In this document: positions 7,067 through 15,209 of the stretch, piece by piece | Layout: every line of letters begins with the position of its first letter | How positions within the stretch are numbered: the stretch's first letter is position 1 | NCBI GenBank assembly: GCA_016930515.1 | Contig: JAFGGO010000080.1 | Coordinates: 1 to 15,209, forward strand | DNA from: Promethearchaeota archaeon | GTDB lineage: Archaea; Asgardarchaeota; Lokiarchaeia; Sigyniarchaeales; SOKP01 | DNA length: 15,209 nt | Direction of reading: 5' to 3' | Translations under genes and position numbers: made by a program | Notes under the pieces: model-generated | Told to the model about the DNA's origin: nothing | Seen by the model: the letters and a program-made list of their open reading frames with translations, nothing else | The model's database searches: none

Positions 7067-7254
7067 CAAATTGTGCATTTTACTCATTAAAATATACGAT
7101 ATCGCAATTAATTGTTAAGAATAAAAATTCTTAAATATCTTACTTACAAAAGAGTATGTGGATAAAATACATTTAAATTACAAAAATCCAACATATAATT
7201 AATGCTAAAAATAGTGCAATAAATCGCACTTCGATATTGCTTGTATCGGAAAGA

Positions 7255-7557
7255 ATGTCAGAAAATGAAAACGAATTCGAAATAAAGCATTATGTTGAAA
7301 TCATTCAGTATTTCGAAAGTCAAGACGACCCGATCCACAGGGAAATTTTTAGGGACACTCAATTGATCGAACTAATGAACGAGCTAAAACAAGATCCTGA
7401 TGTCCAAGAGGTTATCAAGAACTCGATAGTCATCATTAACGCTCTAGTTGATAAGAACGCTCCTTCCGATTTATACGATTCAGCGGGAAATCCGCGCGAA
7501 AGTCTTTCCAATGAGGAGCTGGAAATCTTAAAATCGAACTTAAAACAAGAACAATAA
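7255..7557 (+). CDS. Acidic hypothetical protein (100 aa from ATG 7255; the track start is TTG 7237)
   Basis: Clean ORF, E/D-rich, no recognisable motif. Confidence 0.75.
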   Translation: MSENENEFEIKHYVEIIQYFESQDDPIHREIFRDTQLIELMNELKQDPDVQEVIKNSIVIINALVDKNAPSDLYDSAGNPRESLSNEELEILKSNLKQEQ

Positions 7558-7642
7558 GTTCAATAAAATGATTATCGCTTCCTATTTATCAATACAAATC
7601 AAGGGAATGTAAAAAATTTGGGTTAAAAATTCAGTTCCTTAA

Positions 7643-8416
7643 TCACTTTTGCATTTCTTTGGAAAATAGTTTTGGAAAGATAATCTTCGTATTTTTCTCT
7701 ATCTGGCGCTCTAATTGCCCCAACTCTATTTGTTTAATTTCTGAAATTGAAGATAACACGTCTCGTATCATTGCAGGAGTCCCCACTTTTCCTGAATATT
7801 CCACAGGGCCGTCACTTTCTAGCAACAACCGTTCCAATGGAACATTCGAAACGACTTTTTTCGACACTGGAGAATATCCTATTGAGGGAGTTATGGAGAA
7901 GAAATATCCCCTATCAATGCCTTGCTTGAGCTGCTTTTCTGGTCCAGAATACCAATGTATGTTTACATTGGGGATATTAAAAGAGAGTAATGTTTCAAAA
8001 ACTTGATCTTCGGCGCCCTTACAGTGGATATTGACCGGTAAATCCAATTCCTGGGCTAAGACAAGCATTTTTTCAAAGATAATGGTTTGTAGAGGATATA
8101 AAGATTTATCCTTAATAAAATGGTGGTCAAGACCGATTTCTCCTATAGCGCAGATTTTATTCTGATTATGGCGAATGAGATCGATAACTGAGGGAAGTTG
8201 TGAAACAATATTTTCATTAACCTTTACTTCTTCGGGGTGTATCCCCAATGCGGGATAAATCTCATCATACCTGTTAGAAATTTCTAGTATTCTTTCCAAG
8301 CTAATAACGCTCATTCCAACACCGATAATTTTTAATACATTCTCGACATGAGCTTCCTGAATGATTTGATCCAGGGCTAGATATAAATTTACATGACAAT
8401 GAACATCAATTAGCAC
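7643..8416 (-). CDS. tatD: TatD-family metal-dependent hydrolase/nuclease
   Basis: IDVHCH, GIHP, AIGEIGLD, NIHC, IHWYSG and LLESDGP motifs; 257 aa with GTG start. Confidence 0.95.
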   Translation of the reverse strand: MLIDVHCHVNLYLALDQIIQEAHVENVLKIIGVGMSVISLERILEISNRYDEIYPALGIHPEEVKVNENIVSQLPSVIDLIRHNQNKICAIGEIGLDHHFIKDKSLYPLQTIIFEKMLVLAQELDLPVNIHCKGAEDQVFETLLSFNIPNVNIHWYSGPEKQLKQGIDRGYFFSITPSIGYSPVSKKVVSNVPLERLLLESDGPVEYSGKVGTPAMIRDVLSSISEIKQIELGQLERQIEKNTKIIFPKLFSKEMQK

Positions 8417-8528
8417 AAAAATTTAACATGCATCCTTCCATTTATATCCTCGTTTTCAAATTGAAAAGAAAAGTGGTTTAATGGTTAAGGAAATTAAAGC
8501 TCTCTTAAATAGGAAAATTTCGCATGTA

Positions 8529-8879
8529 TCACATGTTATTCACATTTTCCCTGAGTTGGGCTATTTTAAGCACGAGGTCGAACTTTTTTCTATTATTGGA
8601 AAATTCATCGTTTTCAAGCAACATTTTTGCGTGTTCTAACTGATTAAGCAAGAAATTCTTGAGGTCCTCAGTCGTAATATGTCCTAAAAGTTTTGGAATT
8701 GGTTCGATCTTGTCCATTTTTTTTAACCTTAACATGGATATTGCTTTGGCTATTTGAGATTGAAATCCTTGTGATTGGGTAGGATCAGCGTCTCCTAACC
8801 TATCAAATGAGTTTTTTAACCCATCAATAAAGTTTTCCAAGTCTTCGATTTCAATGATGTCGTTCCCAGTATTGGACAT
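8529..8879 (-). CDS. Hypothetical protein (116 aa from ATG 8879; the track start is TTG 8921)
   Basis: ORF co-oriented between the FGase-family gene and tatD; helical composition, no motif. Confidence 0.7.
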   Translation of the reverse strand: MSNTGNDIIEIEDLENFIDGLKNSFDRLGDADPTQSQGFQSQIAKAISMLRLKKMDKIEPIPKLLGHITTEDLKNFLLNQLEHAKMLLENDEFSNNRKKFDLVLKIAQLRENVNNM

Positions 8880-9022
8880 GATCTTGCTAGTATCAATCCT
8901 CAAATTCTTAATATAATACAAAAAACAATAAGATTATTTTAATATTTACTTCGAGTTTTTTGTACTGATTAGTGATACAGAAAAATGAATTCGTATGAGG
9001 ATTTTTTTAATACATACTTAAA

Positions 9023-9790
9023 TTAAGATATCAATTCAATCTCGTTTAAAAATTGTTCCGCTAGATTTTTTAATACTAGATTTTTCAAATCTTCGTTACG
9101 TAGTCTTAATCTGTCTGAAAACTCTATTTGAATTGCTCTAGACCTTGGATTATTAGATGCTCCGTGCTCTTGAACAATATAGCCTCCTTTTAATACAATT
9201 TCCTCTTCCCATGGATTTCCCGGCGCAATTGGTACACCTAATTTTAAAAACTTTCTTATTAATTTTCCTCGAATTGTATTGTTCCATTGTAATTTAGGAA
9301 TATCTTCAGAATAAAAAGATTTTAAATTATCCGTACCCAATATCACATCAACATCCCTAAATCCTGGTGGTCTTTTATGACTTTCAAAGCCGTGAATATC
9401 GATTAAGATGGAAATACCGTGTTTGGATATGTTTTCAGTTGTAATATTTCGTATCGTATCGTGATATTTTTTGAATATCTTGCTTGCGATATCTGATTTT
9501 TCGTAAAAAGCTTGATTAGGACTTCGATTTAAATCTATTTGAGATCTTCGTATTTTTGATACAACTTGAGAGGGCGTATGGCTTTTCCCTATTCTTTCTT
9601 GCGATATTTTTACGAACCAATCTGTTAAATCTTTAGCTAATTTCATCGTACCTTTATCGAATCCAAGAATTCCGCTCGTTCTTTTAGGAATGTTTTCGCA
9701 TTCAATACGCCCATCGTGAGGAACTGATAGAATGATGGGAATTGATCCTTGTTCGCAATGAACATACCTATTCATATCGTTCATTTTCAC
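9023..9790 (-). CDS. N-formylglutamate amidohydrolase (FGase)-family protein
   Basis: ILSVPHDG, IDLNR, YH, LIDIHG, DVILGT, GGYIV and AIQIEF motifs. Exact start uncertain (GTG 9790 or a nearby downstream ATG). Confidence 0.85.
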   Translation of the reverse strand: MKMNDMNRYVHCEQGSIPIILSVPHDGRIECENIPKRTSGILGFDKGTMKLAKDLTDWFVKISQERIGKSHTPSQVVSKIRRSQIDLNRSPNQAFYEKSDIASKIFKKYHDTIRNITTENISKHGISILIDIHGFESHKRPPGFRDVDVILGTDNLKSFYSEDIPKLQWNNTIRGKLIRKFLKLGVPIAPGNPWEEEIVLKGGYIVQEHGASNNPRSRAIQIEFSDRLRLRNEDLKNLVLKNLAEQFLNEIELIS

Positions 9791-9858
9791 TTATTCCTAT
9801 CGTGTACTAACGATACGATATTACGGTTGATAAATAAGGACATTGAATGCGGGAGCGC

Positions 9859-9871
9859 TTATAAATCTTTT
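9859..9871 (-). promoter_or_regulatory. BRE/TATA-like promoter for the FGase-family gene
   Basis: Minus strand AAAAGATTTATAA, matching the motif upstream of the HD and maf genes. Confidence 0.45.
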
Positions 9872-10016
9872 ATCCTGATGCTTGTTGCAATCAAAACGAG
9901 TGTTATTTAAAAATAATCAACGAAATTGTGTTCGTATAAACTCTTGAAAATGGACAATCAATTAATAACATTGATTATATAATGTTTGATTCTTATACTT
10001 AATAGCAAGTAATTGC

Positions 10017-11333
10017 TTGAAAAATAACATAAATATGCGTGAGTTCTTGGATAAGAAAATCGCTCTTGTTTTATATTACCACAAACACAATAAATACAGC
10101 TTTAACGCCTTAATTGGTGCCTTAGAATCGGAAAGAATAGATGATAAGGTAAGTATTTTCTTCTATAAAAATAAAGAGGCGCTTATTAGATGCTTACAGG
10201 GAATTGAGAATGACTATGAAACAGTTATCGCTTGTTTTTCGTTTTTTACGACTCAATTATGGGAAATTTACGAACTCTTAAGGAAATTAAAACGAAGAAT
10301 AAATAGAAAAAAGTATATCTTTGTTGCTGGGGGGCCACATCCTTCTGGAGATCCCCTTGGTACTCTCAAAATGGATTTTGATGTTGTGGTTTTAGGTGAG
10401 GGCGAAGAAACTTTCGTGGAACTAATTACAAAAATTTTAAATAGTCAGGATTACGCTAACATAAAGGGTATTGGAACAATAAAAACCAATGGAGAATATT
10501 ATTACGCGGGAAAAAGAAAATCGCTCGATTTAGATAGGTATGCTCCATTTCCAATAAAACAAGGCAAGTTTGGTCCTATAGAAATCACTCGTGGGTGTCC
10601 TTATCAATGCTATTTTTGTCAAACTTCTTTTTTGTTTGGGAGCATTCCTAGGCATAGAAGCATCGATTCAATTTGTAATTATGTTCGAATAATGAAAGAA
10701 AAAAATCTTACGGACATCCGATTCATAACGCCCAATGCATTTTCTTATGGTTCTCAAGATGGGCTCTCTCTTAATATTCCAAAACTCGAAGAACTTCTTG
10801 TAAAGATAAGGCAAATTATCGGACCAGAAGGGAGGATTTTTTTGGGGTCGTTTCCTTCTGAAGTAAGACCTGAACATGTTAACGATGTAACATTGAATTT
10901 AATAAAAACTCACGCTTCCAACGATAATATCATCATTGGGGCCCAGTCAGGTAGCCAAAAAATTCTAGATGTGTGTCATAGAGGACATGATGTGAGTGAT
11001 ATCTATGATTCAGTTGATTTAACAATTAAAAATGGTCTCAAGGTAAATGTTGATTTTATATTTGGGCTTCCAGGAGAGAATAATGAAGACGTCTTACTCA
11101 CAATAGATTTGATGAAGAAATTAAGCAGAAAAGGTGCGAGAATTCACGCACATGCTTTCATACCCCTTCCCATGACTCCTTTTGCTAGTAAAACCGCTCG
11201 AAGATTAGACGAAGTCCTGGTACGCGAGATAAGAGAATTGACTTCAAAAGGTCAAGCGTTTGGAGATTGGAAGAAACAAGAGCGAATCGCTGTTAAAATA
11301 TCTAAATATCTAAAGAGTACTAAAATTAGGTAG
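10017..11333 (+). CDS. B12-binding domain / radical SAM protein (TIGR04013, MJ1487-like family)
   Basis: YSFNALIGALE, GGPHPSG and GEGE in the B12-binding domain; EITRGCPYQCYFC (CX3CX2C); TPNAFSYGS, GSFPSEVRPE and GAQSGS. ATG 10035 is an alternative start. Confidence 0.9.
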   Translation: MKNNINMREFLDKKIALVLYYHKHNKYSFNALIGALESERIDDKVSIFFYKNKEALIRCLQGIENDYETVIACFSFFTTQLWEIYELLRKLKRRINRKKYIFVAGGPHPSGDPLGTLKMDFDVVVLGEGEETFVELITKILNSQDYANIKGIGTIKTNGEYYYAGKRKSLDLDRYAPFPIKQGKFGPIEITRGCPYQCYFCQTSFLFGSIPRHRSIDSICNYVRIMKEKNLTDIRFITPNAFSYGSQDGLSLNIPKLEELLVKIRQIIGPEGRIFLGSFPSEVRPEHVNDVTLNLIKTHASNDNIIIGAQSGSQKILDVCHRGHDVSDIYDSVDLTIKNGLKVNVDFIFGLPGENNEDVLLTIDLMKKLSRKGARIHAHAFIPLPMTPFASKTARRLDEVLVREIRELTSKGQAFGDWKKQERIAVKISKYLKSTKIR

Positions 11334-11361
11334 ATCTCCAAAAACCTTAGAAAAAGAACTG

Positions 11362-11985
11362 TCAGTTTTTTCCAGAAATGATGAGCATTACGATTTTATT
11401 AACGAACTTTCCTTTTTGTATCTTGCATGTGCGAGCAACTTTCTTATAATTAAATGAATCTGCCAAAGCGTCAATATAGGAAAGATTATATAAAATTGAG
11501 ACATTTTTGTTGTTTTTCATAAAAAGATTGTCCAATCGTTCTTGAATTTTATCGCTTTCAATGTCTACCTTTTGCATTACTCTTTTTTTTATTAAATCTA
11601 GAGCTCGATTAAAATGTATGTCTCTAATCCGTGAGATGAAGGCACTCAATACCATAGTATAGGTAATCAAAATATCAAATGTATTATCAGAATCGAGATT
11701 GTTTAATTTAAATTCGACATTATCTACAATTTCTTTTATGTCTTGTTCTTCGATACCTAGGATTATTTTAAATGGTAATAAAAATTGAAAATATTTGCCA
11801 TCGATAAAGAAATGAAGGTTCTTCTTGAAAAGATTCTTAAATTTATGAACGATCTGACCTGATTTGCTAATTTTTATTGAAATATCTGGAGTTCGACCAA
11901 TAATTAAATCGCGCCCGCTGTAATAGAACTGTTGGTTAATCAAGCTATCCGTAGCTTCGTATAATTTTTTTTTCGTCAGATCCAT
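11362..11985 (-). CDS. Hypothetical protein (207 aa from ATG 11985; the track start is TTG 12033)
   Basis: Long ORF converging on the radical SAM gene; no recognisable motif. Confidence 0.75.
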   Translation of the reverse strand: MDLTKKKLYEATDSLINQQFYYSGRDLIIGRTPDISIKISKSGQIVHKFKNLFKKNLHFFIDGKYFQFLLPFKIILGIEEQDIKEIVDNVEFKLNNLDSDNTFDILITYTMVLSAFISRIRDIHFNRALDLIKKRVMQKVDIESDKIQERLDNLFMKNNKNVSILYNLSYIDALADSFNYKKVARTCKIQKGKFVNKIVMLIISGKN

Positions 11986-12074
11986 CGCGCCTAAAGTAAG
12001 TATTTGTAGGTATCCAAGTCGTGATAAATTCAAATATAGATGTTATTTATTTAATCATGTTAATTATAATGTAC

Positions 12075-12110
12075 AATAATATTAAGATAGTATCTTTACT
12101 TAATATTATT
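12075..12110. promoter_or_regulatory. Perfect 12-bp inverted repeat with a nested 6-bp palindrome in the divergent promoter region
   Basis: AATAATATTAAG-N12-CTTAATATTATT, with internal AAGATA-g-TATCTT at 12084-12096. Confidence 0.5.
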
Positions 12111-12152
12111 TAAAAAATTTCCAAAAAATCAATATAAAAAGGTAAAATAGAA

Positions 12153-13874
12153 ATGGGTTTAAAATTAGCTTCGACATTAGCACTTACGGCTTTATTTGCA
12201 TTGATGTACGCTTTAATCTTCGTGATTGGCGTTTGGTTTCTTCCCGCAGGGTTGATTGGTCTTCTAATTATGATCGGTTTAACGCTTGGTATTGTTTTAT
12301 TGCAATATGGAATTTCGCCCTATATTATTCAATGGATTTACAGGATCGAATGGGTTTCGTACGAAGAGTATCAAGGGAGATACCCTCATTTGGCCGATAT
12401 TGTAGATCGCGTGGTTCAAATAAATGGAATTAAGCCTCCAAGGCTTGGAATCATTCACGATAAGAATCCGAACGCCTTTACATTTGGTCACACGAAAAAT
12501 AACGCAAGGGTCGTGCTTACGGAGGGTATCTTGGAATATTTGAACAAAGACGAACAGTCAGCAGTGTTGGCTCACGAATTAGGTCACGTGATTCATTCTG
12601 ATTTCATCTTAATGACGGTTGTATTCGCGATTCCCTTGGTTTTTTTAACAATTGGTCGATGGGCTTATTACACTGCGAGATTTTCTGGCGCAAGATCAAG
12701 AAGGGATGAAGAGGGAAATTATATAGCGTTATTACTTTTTGTTGTTGCCGTATTATCATATATTGCTTACTATATTGGATTTCTTATCTCTTTAATCATA
12801 AGCAGAATTCGAGAATATTATGCTGACGAACACGCCGCTGAAGTTCTCGAAAATCCGAATCCATTGGCTACCGGATTGGTAAAGATTGCCTATGGGTTAG
12901 TTGCTCAAACAGGAGGATCCTTAAAGGAGAGGAAAACGGCAAAAACTCGGGCTTTAAGAGGAATGGGTATTTTTGACCCTTCAAAGGCTAAAGGATTGGC
13001 GCTTACATCAATGAATTCCTCGGGAGGATATTCTATGGATGTCATTCAAGCCGCTGCTGCCTGGGACTTGTTCAATCCCTGGGCAAAATACTATCAGGCG
13101 TTTAGCACTCATCCACTTCCTGCGAAAAGGATCCAGAGGCTTAACAAGCAATGCGAAATTTTCGGAAAGACACCTGAAATCGATCTCTCAAAAGCAAAAG
13201 AAATTAAGGAGAAACAGGCTGGTAAATCGATGTTGGACGAATTCTTAGTAGATGTGACAATGAAAAATTTGCCGTTAATAGTACTTATCCTTATGGCCAT
13301 ATTTTCTGTCTTGTGGTTGTTTGGAACATTCAACTTCTTAGGATTAACTTTTCTTTCAGATGCCATATCGATAAAATGGTTCACATTATTATGGTTTGGT
13401 GCCTTTTATTTGATAGGATTTGCTTTCATAATCAAAACGGGTTTCACATATAAGAAAGGATACGAACCAAAAACTATCGTTGATCTAGTTACGAATGTAA
13501 AAGTCTCTCCAGTACGATGCGTGCCGGCAATAATCGAAGGAAAAATCGTGGGGCAAGGTATTCCTGGCTATTACTTCAGCGAAGATCTTTATTTTCAAGA
13601 CCAAACTGGATTAATGTACATAGATTATCGGTTTGGATTTAGGATCGCTGACTTGATATTTGCATTATCTAAGGCCAAGAGGCTAGTGGGTCAATCTGTA
13701 AGGATTAAGGGCTGGTATCGAAGGGGTCCAAGTCCATATTTCCAAGTAAACACGATAGAAACGGTAAATGGCAAGAGATATAAAAATTATGCTCGACATT
13801 TCACGTATATCTGGGCCGTTCTTGCTTTTCTAGTTGGAGCGTTATTATTCTATGTTGGATTCTTCGTGCTATAA
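12153..13874 (+). CDS. htpX: Long-form HtpX / M48 zinc metalloprotease with an extra C-terminal domain
   Basis: N-terminal TMs, NAFTFG, LAHELGH (HExxH), SRIREYYADE and STHP..KRI, followed by about 240 extra residues. Confidence 0.9.
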   Translation: MGLKLASTLALTALFALMYALIFVIGVWFLPAGLIGLLIMIGLTLGIVLLQYGISPYIIQWIYRIEWVSYEEYQGRYPHLADIVDRVVQINGIKPPRLGIIHDKNPNAFTFGHTKNNARVVLTEGILEYLNKDEQSAVLAHELGHVIHSDFILMTVVFAIPLVFLTIGRWAYYTARFSGARSRRDEEGNYIALLLFVVAVLSYIAYYIGFLISLIISRIREYYADEHAAEVLENPNPLATGLVKIAYGLVAQTGGSLKERKTAKTRALRGMGIFDPSKAKGLALTSMNSSGGYSMDVIQAAAAWDLFNPWAKYYQAFSTHPLPAKRIQRLNKQCEIFGKTPEIDLSKAKEIKEKQAGKSMLDEFLVDVTMKNLPLIVLILMAIFSVLWLFGTFNFLGLTFLSDAISIKWFTLLWFGAFYLIGFAFIIKTGFTYKKGYEPKTIVDLVTNVKVSPVRCVPAIIEGKIVGQGIPGYYFSEDLYFQDQTGLMYIDYRFGFRIADLIFALSKAKRLVGQSVRIKGWYRRGPSPYFQVNTIETVNGKRYKNYARHFTYIWAVLAFLVGALLFYVGFFVL

Positions 13875-13885
13875 AAATTTTACAT

Positions 13886-13910
13886 ATATTTTTTTTACAT
13901 TGTTCTTTTG
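13886..13910 (+). terminator. Oligo-T archaeal terminator after htpX
   Basis: T-run (TATTTTTTTTT..., then TTCTTTTG) directly after stop 13874. Confidence 0.4.
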
Positions 13911-13929
13911 CTAATTACGAAATAGAGGC

Positions 13930-15168
13930 TTGATGTGCTTGAAAAAAGTAGAGCTTTTAGCGCCATTAAAGAACCAAAAATCTTTAAATGCCGTGATAGG
14001 AAAAGCAGATGCCGTCTATTTTGGCGTCGAATCTTTAAACATGCGAGCGTTCAGCGACAATTTTAAGCTCGAAGATTTGCCCTCAATTGTTAAAAAATGC
14101 CACGATAATACTATAAAGGCTTATTTAACAACGAATGTTATCGTGTACGAAAATGAATTCGATCATTTATACGATATTTTAGCTAAAGCCGCTCGTGCAG
14201 AAATTGATTCGGTTATCGTTCACGATATAGGTGTCATACAAATCGCAAAAGAATTGGGGATTAAATTCCACATTTCAACGCAAGCTAATATATCAAATAC
14301 TCGCTCAGCATTGTTTTATGAATCGCTTGGATCGGAACGACTTATTTTAGCGAGAGAATTATCGCTCGACCAAATAAAGCATATAAAGAGCAAGTTAAAG
14401 CGCGCGCAGATAGAAATCTTTGTCCACGGTGCTCAATGTACTTCGATTTCTGGAAGGTGCTATTTTTCGGCAGAAATTTGCGGCTCGCAAGAATATTCCG
14501 CAAATAGAGGAAAGTGCGTGCAACCTTGCAGGAGGCGCTGGAGGATATACGACGACCAAGATAACGAGCTCTTATACGACGGATTTTTCTTCATTAATAC
14601 TAAAGATCTTTGCATGATAGAGCACATTCCTGACCTAATTAATACTAATGTGGACGCCTTTAAAATCGAGGGAAGAATGAGAGATTCGATATATATAGAA
14701 GAAACCACTGCTTGTTATAGGGAGGCCATCGATGCATATTACGATGGAAATTATAATGAAGAAATGGTCAAATCCTGGATAGAACGCCTCTCCAAGGTTT
14801 ATAATCGTGGCTTTTCAACGGGTTTTTATTATGGACTTCCGAAAGGGAGCGAAATATCCCAAATTGAAGAAGGAAATGTTTCTAGTTACCGGAAAAGAGA
14901 AATTGGAAGAGTTTTATCGTATTTTAGAGACAAGAATGTCGCAAAAATATTGCTAACTTCGGGAAAATTACGTTTACAAGATGTTATTTTTATTATAGGT
15001 GCTCACACAGATACTTACTTACGGCAAAATATAACCTCCATACAAATAAAACAAAAACAGAATCTAACCGAAACACCAATTGCATCTAAAGATAGAAATA
15101 TCGTGGTTGGTATAAAAGTCGATAAACCTGTGAAAAAAAATGACAAGATATATGTTTTAGACTACTAA
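13930..15168 (+). CDS. Peptidase U32-family Fe-S protein (TrhP/YegQ-like, probable RNA hydroxylation factor)
   Basis: ELLAP, ADAVYFG, HISTQ, LAREL, EIFVHGAQCTSISGRC...NRGKCVQPCR (four Fe-S cysteines), KDLC and KIEGR, plus a U32 C-terminal beta domain. Start could be 13930, 13933 or 13939. Confidence 0.9.
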   Translation: MMCLKKVELLAPLKNQKSLNAVIGKADAVYFGVESLNMRAFSDNFKLEDLPSIVKKCHDNTIKAYLTTNVIVYENEFDHLYDILAKAARAEIDSVIVHDIGVIQIAKELGIKFHISTQANISNTRSALFYESLGSERLILARELSLDQIKHIKSKLKRAQIEIFVHGAQCTSISGRCYFSAEICGSQEYSANRGKCVQPCRRRWRIYDDQDNELLYDGFFFINTKDLCMIEHIPDLINTNVDAFKIEGRMRDSIYIEETTACYREAIDAYYDGNYNEEMVKSWIERLSKVYNRGFSTGFYYGLPKGSEISQIEEGNVSSYRKREIGRVLSYFRDKNVAKILLTSGKLRLQDVIFIIGAHTDTYLRQNITSIQIKQKQNLTETPIASKDRNIVVGIKVDKPVKKNDKIYVLDY

Positions 15169-15172
15169 TTAG

Positions 15173-15198
15173 TTTCTTCTCTTTTTTTTGCTTTTTTT
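15173..15198 (+). terminator. Oligo-T terminator after the U32 gene
   Basis: TTTCTTCTCTTTTTTTTGCTTTTTTT directly after stop 15168. Confidence 0.5.
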
Positions 15199-15209
15199 AT
15201 AAAGCAGAA

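Noticed and set aside
5543-8006. ORFs 5543..5752, 6011..6211, 6623..6889, 7659..8006 and 7747..7929
   Set aside because: Antisense to the Ubl, thyA and tatD genes, which carry clear family motifs.
9791-10016. Cobalamin riboswitch upstream of the B12 radical SAM gene
   Set aside because: No B12-box or GC-rich stems; the region is too AT-rich and is occupied by divergent promoters.
10668-14708. ORFs 10668..10877, 12233..12433, 12297..12491, 13039..13248, 13109..13384, 14420..14617 and 14460..14708
   Set aside because: All lie inside the radical SAM, htpX or U32 genes in other frames, with no independent support.
1-15209. CRISPR array, tRNA/rRNA, IS element or integrase
   Set aside because: No regularly spaced repeats, cloverleaf, terminal inverted repeats with target duplication, or recombinase motifs were found by eye.

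Overview
AT-rich archaeal chromosomal segment, most consistent with an Asgard/Lokiarchaeia-type genome. That assignment is inferred from BRE/TATA promoters, oligo-T terminators, an archaeal-type ThyA, a SAMP/MoaD-like protein and a TIGR04013-type radical SAM. I call 15 probable CDSs. In order: a 3'-truncated SAMHD1/COG1078-like HD triphosphohydrolase absent from the ORF track (1..1132, minus), a small 82-aa ORF, Maf, a CTP-dependent polyprenol/DAG kinase-like membrane protein, two membrane hypotheticals, a MoaD/SAMP-like ubiquitin-fold protein, thymidylate synthase with a large insertion, a hypothetical, TatD, a hypothetical, an N-formylglutamate amidohydrolase-family protein, a B12-binding radical SAM protein, a hypothetical, a long-form HtpX and a U32 (TrhP-like) Fe-S protein. 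I found no tRNA, rRNA, CRISPR array or transposase. The most striking signal is at the left end. The HD enzyme keeps every catalytic residue, but all four SAMHD1 sugar-recognition positions are replaced (Q149>H, L150>Q, D319>E, Y374>S). The co-oriented Maf upstream also has a non-canonical specificity triad (D-T-R instead of R-T-Q or W-Q-E). Together they suggest a nucleotide-degrading module acting on non-standard substrates. Reference alignments were done by eye from remembered sequences and need computational confirmation.
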